Source: Blasia pusilla
Lineage: Eukaryota
NCBI GenBank assembly: GCA_050084515.1
Contig: CM114271.1
Location: 1,674,001 to 1,738,000, forward strand
Direction of reading: 5' to 3'
Length of the DNA stretch: 64,000 nucleotides
This document shows positions 47,900 through 60,406 of this stretch, piece after piece. The notes under the pieces are model-generated. The model was given only the letters and a program-made list of their open reading frames with translations. It was not told the origin of the DNA and did not search any database. Within the stretch, counting starts at the first letter, position 1. Every line of letters begins with the position of its first letter. The translations under genes and the position numbers were made by a program.

Positions 47900-49169
47900 T
47901 GTGATACCCACAATTTTGTACTTTTGAAGAAATACATCTTTTTATTCAACAAAGACTTGTATATACATTATGATTTTGATTATTATGGAGAAGAATGAGT
48001 AAGATTAAAGTGAATCACGAAGCTCCAAGGACAAGGCAGAGAGATAGAAAATCAAGGATTTGCCTAAGAGGAGAGGAGAATACAATAACAAAGTCTAAAG
48101 ACCCATCAAGAAGCTTCGAAAGGACAACGAAGCTTTGTTAAGAACTTGTCTATGAAGTGCTTCGCTCCTGAACGAAGCATGAAGAAGAAGAAGAAAAGAA
48201 ATAAGTACTTTGCTCTTGAACGAAGCTCGAAGAACGAAGCACCTGGAACAAGAACAAAGAATGAAGCGCTTTGTCTTCAGATCAGGAGAAAGAGCTTTGT
48301 TCTCAAGCAAAGCAAAAGAGGTCCAGACTTAACAGGAAGCGAAGCTAGGATTGACAGTGATTTCAAGCGACACGTAGTTAGAACAGTTAGAATAGGAAAA
48401 GGCAAAACTCTTTGTATCCGATAAGTAGTTAAGACAGTTTTGTTCTGCGTATTCATAGGGATCTTGGGAAAAGAGAAGAGCGCCATAGATCTAGGTAGTT
48501 ACAAATGTTGAAGAGATACCAGCTTCATCAAGAACGCTTCGAATCTTTGGATCACTCCTACTTCAGAGAGTATTTAAGAAACATACAAGTAGCTATCATC
48601 ATCAGTCTCTTACGAAGTCCTTATGCCATAGGAATGGTCCAAGCAAGGAGTAGTACCCTCTCGAGCTTGTATACACTTTTGAATCTTTCTCATTCTTGAT
48701 GGATTAGTAAAGCACTCATTCATTCATTCTGATGTGCGATGCTTATGTCTGAGTATTCTTTTTGGGCGTGTAGAGTGAAGAGTGAATCAGGCAAACCTTT
48801 CTCATCAAAGGAACAATCAACATAGAGTTGTAGGAAATCTCTTTGACAAAAAGTAGCCTGCCGAGACGGATTGAGTTCCGAAAGTAGGAAAAGCCAGCTT
48901 TCATGTTGAGGTCTCTGTGAGGGTTCTTGATATCGAGAGGAAATCTACCTGAGCGTGCTGTCAACTCCACTAGAGAGAATTCAGAAAAGAAACTTTGGTA
49001 CTAAGAAAGATCCGAAGATATTGATAAGACATTGAATTTAAATCATACACACTTAAATACAACTATTACAACAGAATTCTAATTTCGAACTCTCTTTTCA
49101 TCGAACAATGATCCTCTTGGGGATCGAACTCAGTAAACAACTGTAAAATTGAAACTCTTATACATTACA
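47900..49169. mobile_element. Solo LTR (1270 bp) inserted in the PHD finger of Gypsy copy 2
   Basis: TGTGAT...ATTACA termini with a perfect 5-bp TSD TGGCG at 47895-47899 and 49170-49174. Removal restores the PHD reading frame. Confidence 0.93.
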
Positions 49170-52100
49170 TGGCGTCAGACATGTCATATGCCATCCTCTC
49201 AAACACCCATCATAGACTAGCAGAGTGGTTGCACCACGGGCAAAACCACACAACATACATTGCAAGCCTGTAGGAACTACTGTTAAGCTCGTATCAAGTG
49301 TACCATCAATATTCGGAAGATGACATGGCGCACAGTTACGCACATGGTCCTTCCAAACCATACCATCGCATCCCTCCAATAAGAGAACACCGGATGGAAA
49401 AATCTCACGCACTCTCAAGATGGTGCGCCCTACAGTCACATCCAACGTCGTGGGTGCTGTCTGTTGCAAGTAGATATAGTCTCGTTGATGAAACCTCTGG
49501 ATAGTAGGTCGATAACCACCACCATCCTCCCAAATAGTCGCATACCTCAATGTATCCCGATGTTGTGCAATCGCCAAGTTCTCAAACGCCATGGGCATCA
49601 CTCTCTAAAACAACTCAGCCCTCTGAAAACATGCTCGCATCCATACATCAGGTTCATCAAGGTTCAACACCTCACGAACATCTCGACAAATGGCCCCAGG
49701 TAAATCTCGCTCTCGGCCATACAAAAGCAAATACAGTGAGAAAGACGCTAAGGATGCATGCCTGCTGAATCTGAATCCCATCGCCAACCAAAGCATCTGG
49801 AGGTCCCATTCTCCTAGGTGACCTCTCTGCAAGCCATACTTGCGTAATCCTCTCTTCATCGTCTGCGCAACCTGCTCGCTAGTCCATCCGCCTCAGGATG
49901 GTCTCGCGAAGTAGTGTGGTGGTTGATCAGTGCCTTATCATACAATGCCTAAAACTCCACGCGAAACTCTATACCCTCATCTGTCAACACCTCAACTTGT
50001 GCATCGTAATGACTCAGCACTCGATCTAGAAAGGCATACGCTACTCTCTCATTCACTTTGTGAGGCAATGCAACCAACTCTATCCACTTTGAGAAGTGCT
50101 CTATCATCACCAACACATAATGACTATGGTGCTCTGTCAAAGGCAAAGGTCCTGCAAAATCCAAACTCCATCTGTAACAAAACCTTTGATTGGAAGTGGA
50201 TGCAACTGTGGAGTTAGAGCATTGAATGATGCCCGGACTCGATCACACACCATGCATCTGGCAACAAACTGCTGAACGTCAATCTGCATGCCTTGCCACC
50301 AATACTAAATCTCAAGCAAGTTGTACGTCCGCTTCACTCCAAAATGACCCAACTCCTCGTGGGCATGATACACCAAACATGCTCTCTGCAAAGGATGAGG
50401 CACTACAAGCACTCTACCATCCTCCCAAACTCGCAACACATGTGTCCCCTCCCATCGGAACCGTTTGCTCTCTGTAGGATCTGATCCCGCTCTCTAGCAC
50501 CCACCGTGCTCGCGACGCTTCCAGTACGCAAGTACTCCAAGACCTTTCCATCATCGTGAATGTCTCTGCCACTTTTCGTCTCCTCACCGACCTCTGGATC
50601 TAAGGACTCTCCATCAGACCTCGCAATCGAAGTCTCAACAACTTGGCTCTCCATAGCCAACAAGCCCAAATAGGCTGACGCATGCCATCCTGGCACCAAC
50701 TCTTCATCACTCTCGCCATGCCAATGATCTCAAGTCGCATCTTGTTCACTTGGGCATAGGTTACGGCTCAAACCATCTGCATCCTCGTTGAACGTCCTAG
50801 GTCTATGCACCACCTAGAAGTCATACTCCTGCAACAAAAGAGCCACCTCGCAAGCTTCCCTGTAAGCTTTTCGGACTCCATCAACCACTTAAGTGGTTGA
50901 TAATGAGGAATGATGGTAAAGGGGTTACCGAATAAATAACATGTGAAATGTGCGGCAGCCAATCACTCACCCTCATACGAGCTATACTTCGCCTCTACAG
51001 CGTTGTTCGAGCACCTAGCGTAAGCCACCATGAACTCTCTACCATCATCGTCATGCTAGGTGAGCACGGCCAAGCCCAATCGGTATGCAAGTGGAAAGGA
51101 CGCCCCTTGATCGGTCTCCTCAATATGGGCACGGACGTCAATCTGCCCTTGAGCATCTAAAATGTTCTCTCCTACTCATCCCCCCAATGCCATTCCTGAC
51201 CCACCTTGGTCAGCAAGATTAGCGGCTTCGCAATCAAACTAAAACCCTTGACGTACCGTCGATAGAAGTTTGCCAATCCCATGAATGCACAAACTTGACT
51301 CACATTTGAAGGGCATGGAATGCGTGAAATAGCCTCTACCTTTGTCTGTTGCACACCAAGCCCCCCTAGGTATATCGTATGACCCAAGTACTCAATCTGG
51401 TAGTAGAAGAACTTGCACTTTCCTGGATGTAGCTTCAGCCCATGTAACTTCAATTGTCAAAACACCTCCTCTAGATGTCGCTCATGCTCCACAAAAGTGG
51501 CCCTAAAGACTACGATGTCATATATATAACACCTAGGAAAATCCAAACCTGCCAAGATCCTATCCATGACCCTCTGAAACTCAGCCAGGGCGTTCTTTAA
51601 CCCAAATGGTAAGAACCGTCACTAGTACAAATAATCCTTCCCTTGAGGATTGATGCCCTAAAATTCCGTCTTCTACCTGTCCTCCAATCTGATAGACAAC
51701 TGATGGTATCCGACTTGAAAATCCAATGAACTGAAGACCTTAATTTGCATGCCCAATCGCATCAAAGATCTCCTCAAGGATGGGCATACCTATCAGACTT
51801 TGTCTGCCGTTTGATAGGTTGGTAATCTCCACACATCCGCCTATCCGTATAGTTGCCATGCACATCCTTCTTGGTGGGTATGAAAGTGACAGATGCATAC
51901 TCTCCATGCAACATCTCCACTAGTCCTGCTCCAACCAAGTCTAGGCTCCTACTCTAAATGAGAGCCCTCTCCATATCATTGTACTTGTAGGGTCGTCGGA
52001 AGATGGGCGTGTCGATCACCTCCTCTGTAATCACCTCTAAATGTGATGCAAGAACTCCAACTCCACGCTCACATAGCGTAGTGGCTAGCCGAAAAACCTC

Positions 52101-55100
52101 GGCGGGCGTACCTCCCAACGTCATAACATCGGAAGCAGAAAATAAATGAGCGTGGTACACAACAGTGGCCGCCCCCAACAACGTGCTGGACACATGCTCC
52201 TCCTGACCATCATCAATAGGAGTTATCACACTCGCTTCTCCCATCGCCCTTTGTGCCTGCACACCAACAACAACATCACCCACTCTTCGAGAACTCTGAT
52301 CAGGACCCATCGATGGGGTCCTCATCGCCTCGCACAACGTGAAGGACTGAGGAAGCCTCGTCTGTTTCCTGGCTTCCCCTCGATGTGGATCCAACTCTAT
52401 GGCTGCTCCATGCATAACAACTACGGCGGCCTCCATTTGGGCAACCCTGCACATCCAACCAGGATCCTCCATATCTCTAGAGGCTCCATAAGACGTCGAT
52501 GCCACGGATCCGGTATCGGATAATCTCAATGTCATAGCGGCAATCTGTTGTTATAGCTGATGTATCTGAGCAGCCATCCCAGCCTCACGCCGGGCGTCTC
52601 CCTCGACATATCTAGATGGTGGGACTCTACCTCCTCCATGGGAAACTCCACCATCCCCTCCGGCGAATCCAACCCCTCGTCCCCCAACGGAACCACCTGG
52701 TGTACGACCTCTAGGCCCACCCAGACCGGCAACTCGCTTTGGTGCCCTCTCTTGCCCTCAATCCGAATGTAACTCAGGGTGCAAGTTGAAACACCTAACA
52801 CGTGTGTGACCTTACCTCTGAAAATGGTCACATTGATAACATCCTGGTGCAGCACCATCTCCTCCTCCATGCTAAGGCACGCGACCATGACCTTGACGAG
52901 TGCAATCGTGCTGATGATGGGCTGCACCATATGACCAACAAGTAATCATAGGCAGCTGCTGTTGAGCCACATATGAAGGCGTAGGTCTCTGTGGCATGGC
53001 CTCCCTATATCCTCCCTGAGCTTGTGGTGCCATAGATCTATCTTGGAATCCATATTGTTGCACTGGTGGTGCAGGCAATCGTGACTGCTCTTGCCTAGAA
53101 CCCATGGTGGCTACGGTCTCCTCTGCCATGTTGCGCTCAATTTTCTCGTCGGTCCTAAAAACATCTCTCAACGTAGGGGAGGTGTTCATAAGAAGAACCC
53201 CCTCTCGCATACGTGTCCGCAGGGTGTGGTCCAACATCGCATACCATGACTGGATAGCCTGAACCTCTGTCACCCCCTGAGTGACGTTAATCAACCGGCA
53301 CAAGCAGGTGTAGGCCTCACGCAAACTCTCATATGGGCGCCTCTGGAAGTCGTGGATGCTCCACAAATTCTCCATTCGTACCCCCTGTTAGCTCGCCCTC
53401 AACTCAACGAAGAACTCAACCACGGGGTTAAAGTTGAGACGAACTCGACTAGACGATGCAACTGCTCCAATGCAAGTCATCCCTCCTACAACATCACTGA
53501 TGGAGGAACCCTCTCCTCACTCCTCCTCCTCATCTGGAAACGGCTCAGTCCATGACACATAGTGTGGGTCATAGTAGAGTCTTCAGGCCTCAATCTCATG
53601 GGCATATCTTTGCGAGAACTCATGGTAATTGTCCATGGGTGCCCCCTCTAAATGCTGGAATATTCCGTTCCATATTGTAAACAGGTTGAACTCTCTACAA
53701 TTCCTAGCCTGCAGTGAGTCACACCAACTCCTAAACTCCGCAATGAAGTCGTGTAACTCTATAGTGCCTATAGCACCGAGAAACCTACGCGGTCCTCTAC
53801 CCGGTCGTCCATCTCGTACGCCCAACTGGTAGGACCACTCAATGTATGGGGTGGATCACTAGCACACTCCTCTACACTCTTCCCCTCATCTAAAGATGAC
53901 ACAGAACGAGATCGAGGTGGTCTCTCACGTGGAGACCCTCGAAACCTCGCACCACTCCGGATAAACCCTCTAGAGCTACTCTCAGGTCCACCAGCTCGCC
54001 TCTCAAAGTCCCGAAAGGACGCCGTGATGATCCTCGTGCTCCTCTCACATGATCTCTCTCAATCTTGGAAGTAATCACTCAATCCAACATGCCGCACTCA
54101 ATCTACACTCTCTCACTGAGACATGTGTTGTGCGGCAACAAGCGGCGTGGTGCGGAAAATCGTCTACTGTCCTATCATCTCATTGACAAGACACACCCAC
54201 AACTCTAGACATCCCACACATGTCTATGTCCCCTAACCCAGCATCAACACGAAACCCAATATTCCAAATAACTTCCCAAACCCAAAAATCCATAACACGT
54301 GCAGGGAAAAAGACCAGAATGGATAACCAGACAACAAGTGTCGATGTCGCGCCTCAGCAACTAAAAAACCTCATCCCCAACTCCGTCGTGAATACAACTC
54401 CTCCAAGCAACAAGTCGTACTCCTCTAGTACTGACGATGCTCAAATCTCCTCGATAGCGGTGTAGGTCCAACGGTACGGTACGTCACTCACGGCACGGAA
54501 CAAAATGGCTATAAAGAGCACCGCACTCGGTAATAAGGTGCGGCACTCAGCGGCATACCATCCTCAACAGTAATACACTCTCTACTCTACAATGATGGTG
54601 CGGCTCAACGATCAAGACGGTGCGGTGCGGCCACAAGCAGCACGGCGCGGCAATCGACGGCGCGTTGCGGCTACGGGCGTCACGGCATGGTACTCGATCA
54701 TCCTCGAGCGGCTACAAATCACGGCATAACAAAGCGGCGGGATTCGCGGCGATCGAGAGATTCAGACGTCGGCTCTACAGAAGCCTCGGACGGAGCGGCG
54801 ACGCGCACATCCTTAGTATCTTGTCGGCACTAGGAGGTCCGACCATCGGGTGGCGGCCCTGAAGTGTCGACGGACTACACAGCATACAACGGCGATAGCA
54901 AGTGCACAGCCACTTTGCGTCTCTGGGATAGTCGGCTAGGACACGGTGGGACAGACGTTGTCCCCCGCCATAAAAAAATTTCATTTTTTTATTTTTTTAA
55001 CTAGAATAACCCCTGGGAAAATTGGATCTCCACTATCTTTCCTTACTTGACATCCCCCCTCCTGACAAGTCTGCAAATTGAATGCCTTACCACAAATCCC

Positions 55101-55921
55101 TCCTAAGATTGAGGGTCAACACCCCCAAAAATGGGATCTACTCACCCTACCTCCAAATAGTTGAATTCAATTGTCCTATCCACCAAGTAAACTGAATTTT
55201 TTTTCTACCTCTCAAGAAAGAATTTCTACCCAAAAATTTCAAAATTTCACTCACACCTTGGAATGGTGGCTATGGCAGCCCAACAAAAATGATCATACCT
55301 CCATGCTCCAATCTCCAAATTGTGCACCATTTTCTTCAGCAGCGTACATCACTTCCCGATCTACGACCTTGTCAAATTGGTTCTCCATTTGATTTTCCAC
55401 TAAGAACTGACAGGGACTGTCCTGCAGCCCAACGTCTCTTTCTCCTACGCAAAATTCAGCAGCGCTTCCGCGCTGATTTCTCCCAACGAAAATGTAAAGT
55501 CTATGAAAATAAAAATCAGCAATCTACACGGAGCTCTTAGAGCACCGGCATGGGGCAACCCGCTCCCATACTCAATCCCTATCAAAAATTGGGCAGTGCT
55601 TCCGTGCGCCACTCTTCCACATGAAAAATCAGCAAAGGAAACATCAAAAGTAAGCAGCTCTTGCTCCGGTGAGCAGTCCCATGAACCGCTCAATGGGGAA
55701 TACGATCTCCAACCTGCAAAACCAGCGAGTGACCAACAAGCTCCCCCATGAAGCTCTCTCACTCACTAATTCTCTCTTTGTAAATCAAGTAGATCCAATC
55801 TCTCTCACCACCATAGCTCTCAAATGTGTGCACTCTCTCTCAATGTCAAACCAAACCCACTCTCCTAATGAAAGGCTTGGGTTACACTCACAAGGCAAGG
55901 GACCATAGCTCCGCCGCCTCA

Positions 55922-56267
55922 TGTCAAGAGGTTTAACAAAGAAACCTCTCAAGCTCTCAAGCTCTCTCACCTTGAGGTATACCCCCCTTCCCTATCCCAA
56001 GCTCTCTCCTCGATAACCTATGCTTGTAGGTCACCTCCTTGGCTCTTGACCTGCTGTAGCGGGTCAAGGGCCACTTCCTAAAGTGGAAAGGCAACTCTAC
56101 CAAATACATAAACTTACCCAAAATAGTAAGTTTCTCTATATGGCTCCAAATGAGCTGAAACAAAGGGAAGACCTCAGCAGATCATCCTCGACCTCCTGAT
56201 CCTGTCCTCCTCTACTCACAAAGGTGCTCAACTAAATCTCTCCGATCTATCCTAAAAATTTATGACA
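55922..56267 (-). repeat. 5' LTR of Gypsy family A copy 2
   Basis: TGTCA...TGACA termini; homologous to 47220-47518. Confidence 0.8.
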
Positions 56268-57960
56268 GGTCTAAATAAGTGTTTACCTTCGAGGACATAA
56301 CTTTGTCCTCGAAGGTAAACCCATGACTCGAGCTACATGACCGCTCTTAGATCATGTAGCGATCATGAATGTCATGCCTTGTTAGAATTTGGACTGAGGA
56401 TTGTGTCCTCTTTCTTTGAGACTTTTTAGGAAGTCTCTTCCCCAAGCCTTGACTTATCCCTTGAGTCGCTCAACTATTCTGGATCACGTTGGTTATTTCC
56501 TCAAACTGCATCTCGAATGGTTTCTTAGCTCAGACGTGACCCATGACCAAACACACATCACAATTAATGCCTTATTCATGGACTTGAGCAAGTAGGGAGA
56601 GAGAGTGTCCCTTGTCCCCGTCCCCGTCCCCCCCCTCACTCCCATAGGTATTCCATGGGAACCTCACCTTCCCTTTTGTCCACCCCGGACCCTTTATTTT
56701 TATTTTTTCCCCCGACTTAAATATGGTTCTCGACATACGCACTTGCATTTGACTAGTTAACCCCAATTTCTGCAATTCCCATCTCCCAAAACACCCTCTA
56801 ACATTGGAGGTTTTCTAATGTGAAGGACATCTGCCTCTCCAACATTCAAGGTTCTCTACCTTCCACAAAACTTCCAAGACAACTCCGTATAATATTAGAA
56901 GTGGAATGACATCTACCTAAGGTGACTATAATGTGAGATAAGGTACCTTGACACTTTGGATGTAAGTAAGGGGGTAACTATCCTAAGTGAAATCGGAAAA
57001 ATTGGAGGTCCTGGAGGTATGAATGTGTGAGGTTGTTGGGTAAATCTACGCTGATTATTTTTACCAAAAATGAATATGCTTTAAAGAGGTGAGATTTTTA
57101 AATATTTGATGTAAGTATTTTTTAAGCTTATCCTCTTTCTCATCCAAGTACCTACTCAAAAGTGGTCCTTTTGATAGCGCAGCTTGTAGGTGAGGAATTT
57201 GGATAGTTCTTTGAAACATGTTTTATTGACAATCATGCAAATCGATGCAGTAGATTCTTTCCTATGTAGTTTTTCTTCCCAACTCCTTCAGAGATCCCTT
57301 TACTCTGCTTTTGTCCATGATTTAGATCTGCTACTATGCTTCAAACGCAATTAGACTTTCATTGAGAAATCCCCTCTTTTGGATTTTCAGTCTTGGCATT
57401 CACTTTGCAAGTTCAATTTGGGATTTTGTGTGATCTTTCAAATTTTTTCATGCTAGCATAACTTACCAATAGTTTTAATTTCTTAATTGTAGTGTTTTTG
57501 TATGTACCGACAATTGATTGAGTCAAACCCTCTATGCTCAGGCATTCATATCATCTCTACTCAATTGTTAATAGGCTTATAGGCACATAACATCCAGTGT
57601 ACCAGTACTAATGTGGTGAACTCCTTGGCATGCATATGGTATTGTGAGTTTCTAAAGACACCATGATTATTGCACGTTTATTTTGCTATGAAGCTCGTTC
57701 TTTGAAATTCTTGTTTGCCTAAGACTACAACACACTGTGAATTTTTGTTCCTCGAATTTGTTGTCCGCTTAGGCTTAGTAAGAGCATTCTTACTAGTCAT
57801 GTTACATGGGTAGTTAACACCCCTAACACTTGTACTTTTAAGGTCCTTCTAATGTTGACACTTGTCCTCTTAAGGTCCTTCTATTGTTAACGAGTATCCT
57901 TTAAAAGTAGTAATGAGATTAAGGGAAAATTGTCACCCGTGCGTCGCAACATACTAGTTA

Positions 57961-58020
57961 ACATCTAGAGTGCAACACTTGGTTATACTAGTGTATGACC
58001 AAGTGTTGCACTCTAGATGT
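57961..58020. repeat. 60-bp near-perfect palindrome
   Basis: acatctagagtgcaacacttggt / accaagtgttgcactctagatgt form exact 23-bp arms plus a near-paired inner stem. Confidence 0.95.
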
Positions 58021-58120
58021 GAAATATGAGAACTCTTCCCACCAACCGCAACTTATCTTTTTTCAACATGAGAATGCACTTCGATAAATGGACAATTTTT
58101 CCCCAAGAGCGCTTGTTACA

Positions 58121-58278
58121 TCCACTCGAAAAAATAATAAAGTCTCTTGCAAAACGTCCGCCATTTATGCAATAAAACCCACGGCCTTGAGAAAAAACAT
58201 GACAACTTATATTTCCACTCGAAAAATATTAAAGTCTCTCGCAAAACGTCCACCATTTATACAAAATAAAACCCACGG
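58121..58278. repeat. Two imperfect direct copies of a ~65-bp unit
   Basis: tccactcgaaaaa...aaagtctc...caaaacgtcc.ccatttat...aataaaacccacgg at about 58121 and 58213. Confidence 0.8.
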
Positions 58279-58524
58279 AACCCTCCCCATTCCCCTTTCA
58301 GGCTATGAAAGTTGATCCGCATGCCGAAGTTGCCGGACTGGAGCCACCTACACAAGCGTGAGGTGGCTACAGACTAATAGGTAGCTGGGGACACGGATCC
58401 CTGCTGAACACACCTTTTCCAGTTCGGGCTAGGGAAAGTGATGATCCCAGAGCCGACCATAGCCACTCCAAAGGCCCTAAACGCGCGCCTTGCCGTGTTT
58501 TACGTTCGTCTGACGGGACTGCGT

Positions 58525-58830
58525 CCGCTCCGGTCACTGTCCGCCTTTCTCGACGGCGTCTGCGCGGGTGCTTCTGCTGCTTGGCAGACGCTGGTTTGTC
58601 CGCGCCGTGCTCGCTCGTAATCTTTCCTGTTTGCGTTTACGTTCATGATGATGGAGTGGATCGCTTCCGTGACCGGTGCGGAAGCGATCCACTCCGGTCA
58701 CTGTGGACCGCCTTTGCCGATGGCGTCGGCGCGGGCGCTTCTGCTTGGCAGACGCTGGTTTGTCCGCGCGGCCCGCGCCGTGGTCGCTCGTCATCTTTCC
58801 TGATTGCGATTATGTTCATGATGGAGTGAT
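58525..58830. repeat. GC-rich tandem duplication (~135-bp units) with a hairpin at the junction
   Basis: ctccggtcactgt...cttggcagacgctggtttgtccgcgc...tctttcctg...gttcatgatg occurs twice. A 17-bp inverted repeat lies at 58653-58695. Confidence 0.85.
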
Positions 58831-60406
58831 TGGTTGGTTTCGACTTTTCGCTGGAGGATTCGTAGGGGTGGTACTGGACTGGGATCGTGAGGAAAGATAA
58901 ACAACTCGGTCTGGGAATTAATTGTCCACGCGTTCACCGATCGTTTTTCGCAGTCAGCTTCCATGATACTTCGTCCTCTTCCAAGTCAGGGACGATCGTA
59001 TGATATTTCTGCGGACCATTCACGCCTGCGATGGTAGTGATGTAGAATATGTTGTGTGTGTCACTATGATTTTCATATAGTGGATTGCAAGTTCCAATCT
59101 TGGCGGGCTGTCAAAAATCAAAACTGTTCAGGCGTCACATTTAAATAACCAGAGTGCGGGAGAACGATTGTCACACATGTGCGTGGATGTGTTAGATGGA
59201 AGAAAAAAAAAGAATTATCCATATGAACTTAAGTGATATCGCACCAAGTTCAGATACACCTGCTTTGTCGACTCAGGTTTCCGTCCAAGAATGTGTACAG
59301 GAGGAACGGAAGAAGATGGTAGAGACACAGACAGTGATGGAGCTTTCCACGAATGGAGGTTTCCAGAGTGCGCGGACGTTTGTTGCTTTTTTAACCTGCT
59401 CATTAGGTAAAAAGGGACGAGAAAACTCACTGCGCTGGAAGAAGAAACTGCTTATATTTTACAAGAATGCTTACTGATTGAGGCCATTAACCAATTGCTG
59501 TGAAAGGTCCGATGTGGCCACAAGCTTGAGAGTAGTACGGCCATTTTCATGAGAATACAGTGACAAGAGTCGTTTACCGGGTTCCCATTCAAAGGTATGA
59601 CGACACCGCAGACGTGAGGGAGCATAGAACGAGAGAAACACATTCGCAAAACTCGTGTGCCCTTTACTTCCAATAGGCAAATAGTTCATGGCGGGCGCGG
59701 CGATGACTGCAACAATTAGAAAAGGTGCGATTTGCGATTCAAGAAGGTTATATTGGCAATGACAGAACCATTGAAAAATATGGTGCCGGGGAAAGCTCTA
59801 TCAACTAGACTGATTTCGTGTCTCCCGATATGCCCTCGGAACTAGATCGCAATAAGCCAACTCTCTCCGAGAACCGGCGATCTTTCAGTGAGGAAATCCA
59901 CCGACACGTCATGTTTCGAGCTGAGAGACTCAGGTCCGGTGTCGCATCTCCTCCCGTTAAGTGCTTCGCATCTATCCAGATTGCTTGGTCTCTAGTCACT
60001 GTTTATGACCAGGGTGGAGAAGTGCCTGCAGTGACTTCATTTACAACTCTCAGGTGGTCGTCCGAGGGATTGCGAGTTGACATCATCAGAAGGGATCGAC
60101 AGAGGGACGGGCTGGCTCGGCTAGGGGTAATTAACATCGTTGGATGAAAATCAATTTTTGGTACTGTGTCAATTGAGAAAGCCACTAATGGCTGATGGGA
60201 ATTACAATTTGGGAAGCACTCGACAACCCTCACCCTGCCTCTCAGTACGGTACAAAAGAATCAGGCTATCCGGTATGGTACAAATTTGGAAGCGAACAAT
60301 GACAATATAGCTCCGTGTACTAGTCATAAGAGACTCAATTCGTCGGAAGGAGAGAATGCGTGGGTAGGAAAAACCTCACTGCTACTGAGATTGGCGGACA
60401 ACATCA

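Larger units (their letters stand above)
47521..56267 (-). mobile_element. Gypsy family A, copy 2: LTR-gag-[protease+DNMT deleted]-RT-RNaseH-integrase-PHD finger-LTR, degenerate
   Basis: 5' LTR at 55922-56267. Gag 53825-52872. RT DTPIFRRPYKY...LPFGLKNA...YIYD...KLHPGKCKF. RNase H SYEGE...YQPLKWL. Integrase MDFAGPLP...VLTDEGIEF. PHD CMLCGF...LLVYDGCLRGWHMTCLTPPLTRVLKGQWMCPRC, stop at 47844-47846 once the solo LTR is removed. 3' LTR-like segment 47521-47730. Confidence 0.92.

Noticed and set aside
59805-60233. In-frame minus-strand ORF pair downstream of the MFS stop codon
   Set aside because: No recognisable family; most simply the 3' UTR or flank.
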